Of a stretch of 64,000 bases of DNA, positions 29,431 through 38,629 are shown piece after piece. Positions within the stretch are counted from its first letter, which is position 1; each line of letters opens with the position of its first letter. Location of the stretch: positions 384,001 to 448,000 of the forward strand of contig CAXXQS010000002.1 of NCBI GenBank assembly GCA_963674735.2, given 5' to 3'. Below the pieces are notes generated by a model, which did not search any database, was not told the origin of the DNA, and was given only the letters and a program-made list of their open reading frames with translations. The stretch comes from Myxococcota bacterium. Its GTDB lineage: Bacteria > Myxococcota_A > SURF-8. A program made the translations under genes and the position numbers.

Positions 29431-30044
29431 GCGCCGCCCCCTTTCTGCGAGTCGGCCAACCAGCGTTTCAACAACTCCAGCCCCCACGGACCCGACAATT
29501 CGGGGTGGAACTGACAGGCCAGAACCGGTCCGCGTTCCAGCGCCGCCACGAAAGGCCCGGCATGGTCGGTGAACGCGACGTTCCAACCCTGCGGTTTGTC
29601 GGCCAAACGAAAGGAATTGGCGAAATAGGCATAACCCGATTTCAACAACCGGCAGCCTTCTTCCGGCTCCACCTGGTTCCAACCCAGTTGCGGCACCCGC
29701 ACGGTCTCGGGAAAGCGCGTAATATCCCCTTCGATCAGACCCAAACCCGCCACACCGGGGTTTTCTTCACTGGCCCGGCACAAAACCTGCAAGCCCAAAC
29801 ACACCGCCAAGGTCGGACGGCCCGCCTCGATTCGGCGGCGAAGCACTTCCGAAAAACCACGCTCGGAAAGCTGGCTCATGGCGGGAGCGAAGGCCCCCAC
29901 ACCCGGCAAAACCAGGCGATCGGCCCGCTCGGCAACGTCGGGATCGCGGCAGATGCGCGGTTCGGCATCGGCGCGCCTGAGTCCGGCCATAACCGAAGCC
30001 AAATTGGCCGTGCCGGTGGAAACAATTTCAACAATCAACGACAT
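29424..30044 (-). CDS. hisH: Imidazole glycerol phosphate synthase glutaminase subunit
   Basis: [34 protein letters not shown]. Confidence 0.96.
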   Translation of the reverse strand: MSLIVEIVSTGTANLASVMAGLRRADAEPRICRDPDVAERADRLVLPGVGAFAPAMSQLSERGFSEVLRRRIEAGRPTLAVCLGLQVLCRASEENPGVAGLGLIEGDITRFPETVRVPQLGWNQVEPEEGCRLLKSGYAYFANSFRLADKPQGWNVAFTDHAGPFVAALERGPVLACQFHPELSGPWGLELLKRWLADSQKGGGAC

Positions 30045-30046
30045 TT

Positions 30047-30634
30047 TTAGAGCACCCCTTTCGTACTGGGGATATCGGACGAACCATCGCAGGCCACCGC
30101 CTCGCGTAACGCCAACGCCACGGCCTTGAAAGCCGCCTCGGCACGGTGATGGTCATTGAAACCGCGCAGAACATCCACGTGAAGAGTCAACCCGGCCGTC
30201 ATGGCCAGGGAATGCAGAACGTGACCAATATTTTCGGTAGCCAGGTCGCCCAGTTTCTCGCGTTTGAGATCCAGGTTGATCACGGCATAGGGCCGCCCAG
30301 AGCAATCCACCACGGCACGCGCCAATGCTTCGTCCAACGGTGCATAGGCCGAACCGAAACGACGAATCCCGGCCTTGTCGCCCAGCGCTTCTTTCAAAAC
30401 CTCGCCGAACACGAGCGCACAATCCTCGGCGCTGTGGTGGTCATCCACGTGGCGATCGCCCTCACAAGTCAAGCTCAGATCGAAGCGGGCATGACGCGCC
30501 AGGCCGTCAAACAAATGATCGAGAAAGCCGATGCCGGTGCGAATCTCGGTCTTTCCCCGGCCGTCCAGGGCGAGGGTGCATTGCACCTCGGTTTCACGCG
30601 TTGTCCGCGTGAGCGTTGCGCGGCGTTCGGTCAT
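30047..30634 (-). CDS. hisB: Imidazoleglycerol-phosphate dehydratase (monofunctional)
   Basis: R.T.ET, TGIGFLDH, DDHHSAED, PLDEAL, NDHHRAEAAFKA, PSTKG.L. ATG 30634 overlaps the upstream stop. Confidence 0.97.
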   Translation of the reverse strand: MTERRATLTRTTRETEVQCTLALDGRGKTEIRTGIGFLDHLFDGLARHARFDLSLTCEGDRHVDDHHSAEDCALVFGEVLKEALGDKAGIRRFGSAYAPLDEALARAVVDCSGRPYAVINLDLKREKLGDLATENIGHVLHSLAMTAGLTLHVDVLRGFNDHHRAEAAFKAVALALREAVACDGSSDIPSTKGVL

Positions 30635-32361
30635 GGCCACATCCTTTCCAGTTCGTCGAAATCATGGATCACTCGCCCGGCTCCGGCTGCATGCAGCGCC
30701 CGAACGAGGGTATCGGAATCATCGCCGGGAGCGACCTTGCCGAGGGGCAAAACCCCGGCCGCACGCGCGGCGCGAACATCGTCGGGAGCATCGCCCAGCA
30801 TCCAGGCCCGTTCAACCCCCAGCCGTTCAAGCGCCAGCTTCACCGGGGCGGGATCGGGTTTGGCCGGGGCGTCTTCCATACAAACAACGGTTTTGAACAG
30901 CTTACTCAGATCGTGGGCTTCCAAAAAACGTAAGGCATCGGCGCGTGGACGACCGGTAACGATCCCCAGCGGGCAGTCCACCGAGAGTCGTTCGAGCATC
31001 CCGCGCGACGGAATCAAAGTTTCACGCTGCCACAAACCCGGATCGTCGTCCGTTCCCTGGTAAGCCGCCTCGAAAGCCGCTTTCACGTCCTCGAAAGCTG
31101 CGTCGACTCCTCGCCGTTCAAGCAACCGCCGACTCACCACCCAATCGTTGTTGGCACCCGCTTCCGCCTTGGCCGCCGCGACCTCTTCGGCTGAAACATC
31201 AATACCGAAATGGCGACAGGCAGCCTGAACGGCCACCCGATAGGAGCCGGACACATCGACCAGGACGCCGTCCATATCGAACAGCAAAGCCTCGGGTTTG
31301 CACACCGTTTCGAGAACTTTGCATAAACGCTCGAAATCACGTTCATTCACCGGGCATGAGATACGCAATCCACCCCGGAAGCTGTTGTCGTCGGGGACCA
31401 CCCGCACCGAGATACCCAGACCCGAAAGCAGATCGCGGGTCAGCTCCGGATCGGGCAGGCGGACGAAAACGAAGTTGGCCTGTGATGGCAAGGCTTCAAT
31501 TCCAATCCTTTCGCACAAGCGAATCAGTTCGGCGCGCTCTTCCCGCACGCGTCGAACCACAGCCTCCATGTGTGGACGCCCCGCCGGGATCCATTTCTCC
31601 GCCAACGCCAAAGACAAACCTGATACCGGATAAGGTCCGCCCGCCCCCCGTAACACATCGATCAACTCCAGCGGCCCCACCACGTAACCCAAACGCGCCC
31701 CCGCCAGTCCCCAGGCTTTGGAAAACGTGTGGGCGGCCAACACGTTGGGCAATTCGAGAGCGGCCGGAGTGAGATCGACATCGGCGAACTCGCTGTAGGC
31801 CAGATCCAGCAAAATCAGCGCATGGGGAGCGGCAGCCGAAATACGGCGCAAATCATCTTCGGTCGCCGTCAGGCCCGTTGGATTGTTGGGACTGATCATA
31901 ACGATCACCCCGGTTTTATCATCCACCTTGTCAATCAGCGCTTCGGTAGGAAACGGTCCCTCATCCCACGCCACCCGCCGGATCGGAGCATTGGATAAAC
32001 CGGCGAATACCGTAAACATTTCGAAAGTCGGGGTCGCAATCAGCATCTCCCGGTCGGGGGGCAGAAAGCTACGGCAGACACGATCTATGCTTTCATCGGC
32101 CCCGGCGCCGACCAACACATGAGCCGGGGCGATCCCCCACATTTCGGCGATGCGGTGTTCGAGCGCAGTAGGTTTGACATAGCGACAGACAAGTTGCGGG
32201 TCGATACTCCCCAAAGTCCGCAGCACCTCGGGCGGAGGCGGCAGACTCTCGTTGCTGTCGAGCTTCAAGTCCGTGGGCGCAGGCGCTTTGGGAGCTTTAT
32301 AAGTTTTCAGCCGTGCCACATTGGGAGCGGGCAACGGCCGGGTCGGTCGGGAAACGGACAT
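30631..32361 (-). CDS. hisC: Histidinol-phosphate aminotransferase fused to a C-terminal HAD phosphatase
   Basis: KLDSNE, SPNNPTG, D.AY.EF, TFSKAWGLAG.RLGY (PLP Lys); then LLFDMDGVLVDVS.SY, IVTGRP, KPDP, MLGD.PDD (HAD motifs I-IV). Confidence 0.93.
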   Translation of the reverse strand: MSVSRPTRPLPAPNVARLKTYKAPKAPAPTDLKLDSNESLPPPPEVLRTLGSIDPQLVCRYVKPTALEHRIAEMWGIAPAHVLVGAGADESIDRVCRSFLPPDREMLIATPTFEMFTVFAGLSNAPIRRVAWDEGPFPTEALIDKVDDKTGVIVMISPNNPTGLTATEDDLRRISAAAPHALILLDLAYSEFADVDLTPAALELPNVLAAHTFSKAWGLAGARLGYVVGPLELIDVLRGAGGPYPVSGLSLALAEKWIPAGRPHMEAVVRRVREERAELIRLCERIGIEALPSQANFVFVRLPDPELTRDLLSGLGISVRVVPDDNSFRGGLRISCPVNERDFERLCKVLETVCKPEALLFDMDGVLVDVSGSYRVAVQAACRHFGIDVSAEEVAAAKAEAGANNDWVVSRRLLERRGVDAAFEDVKAAFEAAYQGTDDDPGLWQRETLIPSRGMLERLSVDCPLGIVTGRPRADALRFLEAHDLSKLFKTVVCMEDAPAKPDPAPVKLALERLGVERAWMLGDAPDDVRAARAAGVLPLGKVAPGDDSDTLVRALHAAGAGRVIHDFDELERMWP

Positions 32362-32374
32362 GAGCGTCCTCCGT

Positions 32375-33247
32375 TCAGGGTATCAACTGGTCGGGTGCGG
32401 TAACGACGATATCCGTGCCGCCGTGGGCCTTTATTTCGGGTATCAGGCTCGGAAGAATCTCACGTGGTATCGCCGCCTTGACCGCATAACCATCCTCTCC
32501 GTAAAGCGTTGAGATGGTGGGACGCCGCATGCAAGGCAGCAGCTTGACCACCCCCTCCAATTTATCGACCGGGACATTCACTTCCAACATCACCCTCCGT
32601 CGGGCATCGAGCACCGAACGTAGCAACAACACAAGGTCTTCCACCCGACGGCGCTTGTCAGGGTCATCCAAGGCACGCGGATGAGCGTAGAGGCGGGTGG
32701 TGGAGCGCAGCAGTTCATCGACAATCATCAGCTGGTTGGCCTTGAGGGTCGAACCGGTCGCGCTGTTATCCACAATACAATCGGCATCTTCCGGCGGAAA
32801 CACTTCGGTGGCTCCATACGAGCGAACGAAAGCGGCATCGAGTCCGCGGTCGGCGATCCATTTACGCGCCAGACGTTCATACTCGGAGGCAACCACCAAA
32901 CGCCGGGCGGGCAGCTGTCCGTCTTCGAGAATCGCGGCCGGAGCCGCCGCCACCAAACGCACCGGATCGAGCCGTGTATCGATCAGTTCCACAAGGTCGG
33001 CATCGAGTTCCGCCACCCAATCGGCACCGGTAATGCCGATATCGCGCGACCCAACATGCAACATTTCCACAATGTTTTGCGGTTTGAGGATTTTCACCTC
33101 GAAGCCGTCCACCGACAAACTGGGTCGATAGTTGCGGCTGCCGAGTTCAACCGACAAACCGGCCTCGGCCATCAGCGCGAAAACCGCTTTCTGCATGTGT
33201 CCTTTGGGCAGGGCCAGTTTGAGAATTCCCTGGGTCGTGGGCGACAT
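32375..33247 (-). CDS. hisG: ATP phosphoribosyltransferase, long form
   Basis: LKLALPKG, DIGITG.DW, YGATE..P...AD.IVD...TG.TL.AN.L, C-terminal regulatory domain (PTIS.L). Confidence 0.96.
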   Translation of the reverse strand: MSPTTQGILKLALPKGHMQKAVFALMAEAGLSVELGSRNYRPSLSVDGFEVKILKPQNIVEMLHVGSRDIGITGADWVAELDADLVELIDTRLDPVRLVAAAPAAILEDGQLPARRLVVASEYERLARKWIADRGLDAAFVRSYGATEVFPPEDADCIVDNSATGSTLKANQLMIVDELLRSTTRLYAHPRALDDPDKRRRVEDLVLLLRSVLDARRRVMLEVNVPVDKLEGVVKLLPCMRRPTISTLYGEDGYAVKAAIPREILPSLIPEIKAHGGTDIVVTAPDQLIP

Positions 33248-33277
33248 GAGCGTTCCTTCCCTCGCAAAAATACCCAT

Positions 33278-33307
33278 AAAAAACAAGCGCCGGCTAGGGC
33301 CGGCGCT
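33278..33307 (-). terminator. Attenuator terminator of his operon
   Basis: 9-bp stem AGCGCCGGC/GCCGGCGCT, 4-nt loop, then TGTTTTTT, 30 nt upstream of hisG. Confidence 0.88.
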
Positions 33308-33334
33308 GAACGGTTCACAGAATAGGGTTCACCG

Positions 33335-33403
33335 TCATCCGGCCCTTTGGGCGGCATCGGAATGGCGATGATGATGTTGTGTGTTTTTATTCGCTACCAT
33401 CAT
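33335..33403 (-). CDS. hisL: His operon leader peptide MMVANKNTQHHHRHSDAAQRAG
   Basis: Four CAT His codons within five positions, directly upstream of the antiterminator/terminator. Confidence 0.82.
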   Translation of the reverse strand: MMVANKNTQHHHRHSDAAQRAG

Positions 33404-33410
33404 GGTGGAT

Positions 33411-33439
33411 AAGGTAGCCCATTCGCCATGGGTTGTCAA
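33411..33439 (-). promoter_or_regulatory. Sigma-70 promoter of his operon
   Basis: TTGACA-17 bp-TACCTT, 7 nt before the leader ATG. Confidence 0.65.
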
Positions 33440-33531
33440 ATCATCCGACCAAAAACGCTCGTACATCCCGAGACACGAAGACTCCGAAATCCCACAGAAA
33501 CCGAGGTGGGAAGCTAGCCCCCCGACCTCCA

Positions 33532-33678
33532 TCAGCCATGACTATCTTCGTTATCGACCGTATGGGCACCGGCAGTTGCCGGTTCAGCCGAGGCGAGTGG
33601 GTCATGGGTGGCAATGCTCACCCCCACATAAACAGCAAACAGGATGATTGTGCTTACTATGAAAGTCCAATGATTCAT
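33532..33678 (-). CDS. Unannotated 48-aa single-TM peptide (below ORF-track cutoff)
   Basis: GAGGAG SD 6 nt before ATG. Reads MNHWTFIVSTIILFAVYVGVSIATHDPLASAEPATAGAHTVDNEDSHG*. Confidence 0.65.
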   Translation of the reverse strand: MNHWTFIVSTIILFAVYVGVSIATHDPLASAEPATAGAHTVDNEDSHG

Positions 33679-33978
33679 GGATCGCTCCTCAGGTGATTTG
33701 TTGTACATCGCTTGCAGGCTCGGTATTTGAGACTATTGTTAGTTGACACTTATTTCATTTGTTTCGACAAACTTTAAATCCATGGCCTTAACCCAACATT
33801 TTTACCAGTCACAGACCGACCTTTGACTAACAAATGGAATCAATATATTCCTATATTTTCAACAATTTACAGCTTTCTAAGTCGTTTTTTCGGTTTTTGC
33901 GCTTGCTCTCTCAATCCAAGTTCGTTATCCTTACACTCGAATTTTGGGCAACTAGAAACAAACAGAACGGGGGTCCCC

Positions 33979-36900
33979 ATGCAACGAAACAAATGGATAT
34001 TATCCTGGTCTCTGCTACTCCTTTTAGTCATCGGTCTTGCGGCCTGTGGCGATAGCGGCTCAGATGCCGATGTCGACGGCGATGCAGCCGATGGCGATGG
34101 TACCGACGGCGACGAGCCTGACGGCGACGAGCCGGATGGTGATGACGCCTGTCCTGAATGCGACTTCCTGACGGGTAGCTGGTGCATGGCCGATCCCGAA
34201 GGCGCGGCTTGCGACCAAATCCCCCTCGATGGCGTACAGATCATCCAGGCCGATGAGTCGAGTTGCGCCTTTACGGCGGTAATCAGTTTCACCAACGGCG
34301 TGACGCCGGCCGTCTTCACCTTCGACGGCTGCGACATCGAAGAGTTGTCGTTGTTCAACGATACCTGCGAGTTGAGCATCGACTCCACCGATTCCAAGGT
34401 GACGGTGGATTGCCCCAACCTGTGCTCCTTCACTCTTAGTCAAGACGATTGCGAGCTCGGTTGTCTGTGCGACACGGAAGACGCCTGCTGCGACGGTTGC
34501 CAGCCGATCAACCAGGGCGGTGCCTGCAACGATAACGATTCTTGCACGCAAACCGACACCTGCAACGCAGGTTTCTGCATCGGTGCCGATCCGGTCGTGT
34601 GCGTTGCCCAAGATCAATGCCACGTAGCCGGACAATGCGATTCGGCCACGGGCGAATGCACCAACCCCTTTGCGGCCGATGATACCGCCTGCGACGACAA
34701 CGAAAAATGCACGACCAACGACGTCTGCACATCCGGTGTCTGCGGCGGTGAGGCCGTGGTCTGCATCGCTCAGGACGACTGCCACGTAGCGGGACTGTGC
34801 AATTCCGACACCGGTCTCTGCGAGAATCCGCCCAAAGCCAACGGCAGCACCTGTGACGGTTTGGGGACCGGGATTATGGAAAGCGGAGTCTGCCGCAATG
34901 GCGAATGCAAAGCTCTCGACGCGTGCATGCTGCGTGATTACGGCCAGCCGCTCGGATACTCTTGCAACTTCGATGAAGACTGTGCGAGCGGCATCTGCAC
35001 GGCCGACACTTTGTTTTTCAAGGGATCATCGTCGGCATATGTCTGTACACAAGCCTGCAACCCGGACAGCAATCCCTGCCCCAACGGGTTTTTCTGCACG
35101 GAAAACTACGACAAAAGCAAAGCTCCCCTCTTCCTTGAATTCGTTTGCCTTCCCGAAACCGGCCCCTTGCCCCTCGATGGCAGCCAAGACCTGCTCGAAC
35201 CTTGTAACATCGATGCGAACTGCGAGAGCGGCGTTTGCGCCTTCGACGGCTGGTTGAGCTACTGCAGCCTCGATTGCTACGTTGAGGACTCCACTAAAGA
35301 AGGACCTAACGACAATCTGTGCGGGCCCTGCGGCACCTGCGAAGAAAACCCCTTCCCCATCAAAGACGACAAACGGCCCAGCTATTATTGCGTGGCTCGT
35401 GATCGCGCTTACCCGGGCGGCCTGTGCACCAGCAACCTCGACTGCATCACCGGCATCTGCTATGACAACCATTGCTCCACGTGGTGCGGCGATTACGATA
35501 AAGGCCAGGACGACTGCATGGTCGGCTTCACCTGCACCGATGTCGGCTTTCCCCTCGGCGAGATCTGCATTCCCAACGACGAAATCGGGACCAACGAAGA
35601 AAACGAACCCTGCACCGAGAGTTTCAGTTGTGCAGACGGTTATTACTGCGACTTGCCGCCCTCCAACGGCATGATGGGCATTCTCGTCGACCCGGATCTA
35701 AATGAAGCCGTCGCCGGCGACTTCTACTCCCGTTCGAACGAATACGCCTACTTCACGGACTTCAGCTACACAGCCGAAGTCAGCGGCACCTATTACTTGA
35801 TCATTCAGCCGATGTACTTCAAAGACTACTTCCCCCCCCAGAGCGCTTACAGGTTGAACGTCACGACCGGCGCGGACCCGACGACGAGTATCGACGAGAT
35901 CGAACCCAACGATTACTATACGACGGCCCAGGCTCTAACTCTGCCGATCAGCGTAATCGGCATGTTGGAACTATTCGATGTCGACTGGTACACCATCGAT
36001 CTCCAGGCGGGCGAGACGGTTACGGTTCAAGGCCTCCCGGTCGCCGATTCGGGAACTTGTCTGGCCAAAAAAGCTTTCGGCGAAGCTTGCAGCTTCGATG
36101 CCGAGTGCGAAACGGGTGTCTGCTACTCGGGCAAGTGCAGCGAAGAATGCACCATGGTCCTCACTCGCGGCGAGAACGACAGCTGCCCCACCGACTACAC
36201 CTGCGTTTTCGGTGTTGCGATGGGCAAAAACGACTCCAAGCTCGACTCTCCTCTGGTATGCGTTCCCGATGCTGAATACGGGGACAAAGACTTCGGAGAA
36301 CCTTGCCGATTTGATTGGGAGTGTGCGGATGAGCTTTGTTACTACGGAGAGTGCAATCAGTTCTGCGAGTTTACCCCGGTAAAAGGAGCGGGTGACACCT
36401 GCCCCGACAACTTCGATTGTGTCGATACTGATGGCACACCCACCAAAGCCGGCCTGACCGTCTGCATTCCGAGCGCAGATCTCGACCTGGCCTTTGGCGA
36501 AGCTTGCACTAATGATTACCAGTGCGAATCCGGCCGTTGTTTGAATGATGAGTGCAACCTGTATTGCGATCAGGCATCCACCAAGGCCGACCCCGTTCTC
36601 TGCCCCAGCGGTTACGAATGCATCATTGAAGTCGACGGACTCAACAGCTACAACCGCGGCTGTTGGGCCGAAAGCGAATTGGACCTTGAATTCGGCGCGG
36701 CCTGTGAGGAAGACTATCAGTGCCAGTCGGATTTCTGTTACGACGATGCCTGCAACGTGCTTTGCTCGGTTCTCGTCAAAGGTCCGATTCTGTGTCCGGA
36801 CGACTACACCTGTCATTACGTCAGTAATAGCTCGGGTAAAGCAGATCCTCTCACCGCTTGCCTAGCCGATGACACTCTTAACCGAGATTTCGGCGAAGCC

Positions 36901-37053
36901 TGCGAAAATGATTATGAATGCACATCGAATTTCTGTTACTTCGGCAAGTGCAACGTCATGTGCGATATGAGCAAGGCGGATTGTCCCACGGGGTATGAGT
37001 GCCTGGTCTCCTACTACGAGCCCAGCACATTCTGTGCGGCATCCAGCGACTAA
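33979..37053 (+). CDS. Cys-rich repeat lipoprotein with embedded permuted PPC-like domain
   Basis: Lipobox LAAC after ATG 33979, DGDEP linker, C.D.N.CT..D.C..G.C.G repeats, five C-terminal FGE.C repeats. Confidence 0.87.
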   Translation: MQRNKWILSWSLLLLLVIGLAACGDSGSDADVDGDAADGDGTDGDEPDGDEPDGDDACPECDFLTGSWCMADPEGAACDQIPLDGVQIIQADESSCAFTAVISFTNGVTPAVFTFDGCDIEELSLFNDTCELSIDSTDSKVTVDCPNLCSFTLSQDDCELGCLCDTEDACCDGCQPINQGGACNDNDSCTQTDTCNAGFCIGADPVVCVAQDQCHVAGQCDSATGECTNPFAADDTACDDNEKCTTNDVCTSGVCGGEAVVCIAQDDCHVAGLCNSDTGLCENPPKANGSTCDGLGTGIMESGVCRNGECKALDACMLRDYGQPLGYSCNFDEDCASGICTADTLFFKGSSSAYVCTQACNPDSNPCPNGFFCTENYDKSKAPLFLEFVCLPETGPLPLDGSQDLLEPCNIDANCESGVCAFDGWLSYCSLDCYVEDSTKEGPNDNLCGPCGTCEENPFPIKDDKRPSYYCVARDRAYPGGLCTSNLDCITGICYDNHCSTWCGDYDKGQDDCMVGFTCTDVGFPLGEICIPNDEIGTNEENEPCTESFSCADGYYCDLPPSNGMMGILVDPDLNEAVAGDFYSRSNEYAYFTDFSYTAEVSGTYYLIIQPMYFKDYFPPQSAYRLNVTTGADPTTSIDEIEPNDYYTTAQALTLPISVIGMLELFDVDWYTIDLQAGETVTVQGLPVADSGTCLAKKAFGEACSFDAECETGVCYSGKCSEECTMVLTRGENDSCPTDYTCVFGVAMGKNDSKLDSPLVCVPDAEYGDKDFGEPCRFDWECADELCYYGECNQFCEFTPVKGAGDTCPDNFDCVDTDGTPTKAGLTVCIPSADLDLAFGEACTNDYQCESGRCLNDECNLYCDQASTKADPVLCPSGYECIIEVDGLNSYNRGCWAESELDLEFGAACEEDYQCQSDFCYDDACNVLCSVLVKGPILCPDDYTCHYVSNSSGKADPLTACLADDTLNRDFGEACENDYECTSNFCYFGKCNVMCDMSKADCPTGYECLVSYYEPSTFCAASSD

Positions 37054-37078
37054 AGACCGCCGGATCCCCTGAAATAGG

Positions 37079-37125
37079 GCGGCTCAGTCTGTTGCGAAAG
37101 CAACGGGCTGGGCCGCTTTCATTTT
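37079..37125 (+). terminator. Intrinsic terminator
   Basis: 17-bp stem (3 G-U pairs) with GAAA tetraloop followed by TTTCATTTT. Confidence 0.8.
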
Positions 37126-37659
37126 CAGGAAGTGTTCGACACGTTCGAAAGGAATGTGATCGCCGATATCCCTCCCGTAAAAGATATCAACCAACGTTCC
37201 GGATTCATCGATCAGAAAATCGGCAGGAACCCGCGCCAGGGTGCCATCGACGGAACCGGGCAGAAATCCCAGAGCCGTGGCTTTGGCAATCTTGACCGCA
37301 ATCGAAGGAGAAAGCATGGCCTGCCAGCGCGCATCCACACTGAAACGACGATATAATTCTTCATCGGGATCGCTGATGACCGGGAATTGGGGAGTTTGAC
37401 GACCCACGTAGCGTTTCAGACGCACGGGCGGACTTTGGAAAACCGTGACGATTTCCAACCCGGCCTCTTTGAAAGCCTCGTAATGCTGAATCATATCGTA
37501 AATACGCAGATTGCAAAGCGGACAACTGGCATAGCGGAAAAACGCCAGCCACAGCTTGCGTCCTCGGTAAACATCGCTTTCAACCCATTCGCCATCCATG
37601 GTCTTTCCGCTGAAATCCGGAGCTACATCGCCAATTTTTAGCCGTTCAAGCTTTTGCAT
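37084..37659 (-). CDS. AhpC/TSA peroxiredoxin-like (redoxin) protein
   Basis: L.IGD.APDF, FFRYASCPLC, FPVISDP...LY, PADFLIDE.G. ATG 37659 has an AGGAG SD. Confidence 0.88.
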   Translation of the reverse strand: MQKLERLKIGDVAPDFSGKTMDGEWVESDVYRGRKLWLAFFRYASCPLCNLRIYDMIQHYEAFKEAGLEIVTVFQSPPVRLKRYVGRQTPQFPVISDPDEELYRRFSVDARWQAMLSPSIAVKIAKATALGFLPGSVDGTLARVPADFLIDESGTLVDIFYGRDIGDHIPFERVEHFLKMKAAQPVAFATD

Positions 37660-37855
37660 AACCGCTCCTTGACCCGAGTATCCCCTTCTTATCGACGACA
37701 TCTTCAATTGACTTCTCTTCAATCGGGATACCTGGACGCATCACATTATTCCCTATCCATCCAAGACCATCCAGCTTGACAAACCGCCCTCAGACAGCCT
37801 ATAAAATACATATGCGATTTCTCACCTTTCACCGGTGCACGCCAGGATACGATTC

Positions 37856-38629
37856 ATGAACGACACACCCGACAAACAGGCCAAGCTTTCACCTGCACTG
37901 GAAGACTACCTGGAAACACTATGGAATATCCTACAAGATCACAAAGTGGCGCGCGTCAAGGAAATCGCGATTCAACAGGGCGTCAACATGGCATCGGTCA
38001 CTCCCGCTCTTAAACGTCTTCATAAAATGGGGCTGGTGGAATACGCCGCACGCGAGTATGTCGACCTCACGCCGGAAGGGGAACGATTGGCTCGCCGCAT
38101 CCGTAGTCGACACGACCTGATCACACGTTTTTTACATGAAGTCCTGGGTGTTTCGATGGAAAACGCCCGCAAAGACGCATGTTCCGCCGAACATGTTTTC
38201 TCGGATGAAACCATCGATCGTCTGGTACGGCTTTTCGAATATCTGCAACGCTGCGGGAACGGACATGGAAATTTCGTGAACGATTTCCTAAGTTGTTCGG
38301 TCGTTCATCCGGAAAATGTCGCCGAAGGCTGCCACTGCAACCACACCCGGCAGGTGGAAGTGAAAAAACGTTTCCAACGCACTCGTTACCTCTCCAACCT
38401 GGAACCGGGCGTAGAGGCCCACTTGGTGCAGGTCAACGCCGAACCCGATATGCGCCAACAACTCATCGATGCCGGTCTTCTGCCGGGCTGCACGGTTCGT
38501 TTTCTGCATATGGATCCCGACGGAGAGTCGGTGTGGATCAGCCTCGATGGCAACGACATTCCCCTCAGCATCGACGCCGCATCAAGCGTCATCGTTTCGA
38601 TGATCGAAACCGCTGCGGAACCTCAGTAA
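37856..38629 (+). CDS. DtxR/MntR family metal-dependent repressor with C-terminal FeoA domain
   Basis: LEDYLE, V..ASVT.ALKRL...GLV.Y, LT.EG, RH.LI.RFL..VLGV....A..DAC..EH, L.DAGLLPG. Confidence 0.93.
   Translation: MNDTPDKQAKLSPALEDYLETLWNILQDHKVARVKEIAIQQGVNMASVTPALKRLHKMGLVEYAAREYVDLTPEGERLARRIRSRHDLITRFLHEVLGVSMENARKDACSAEHVFSDETIDRLVRLFEYLQRCGNGHGNFVNDFLSCSVVHPENVAEGCHCNHTRQVEVKKRFQRTRYLSNLEPGVEAHLVQVNAEPDMRQQLIDAGLLPGCTVRFLHMDPDGESVWISLDGNDIPLSIDAASSVIVSMIETAAEPQ

Noticed and set aside
33440-33700. Structured ncRNA or riboswitch upstream of his operon, and plus-strand ORFs 33381-33647 and 33433-33696
   Set aside because: No recognisable riboswitch core. The region is better explained by the 48-aa minus-strand peptide with a strong SD.
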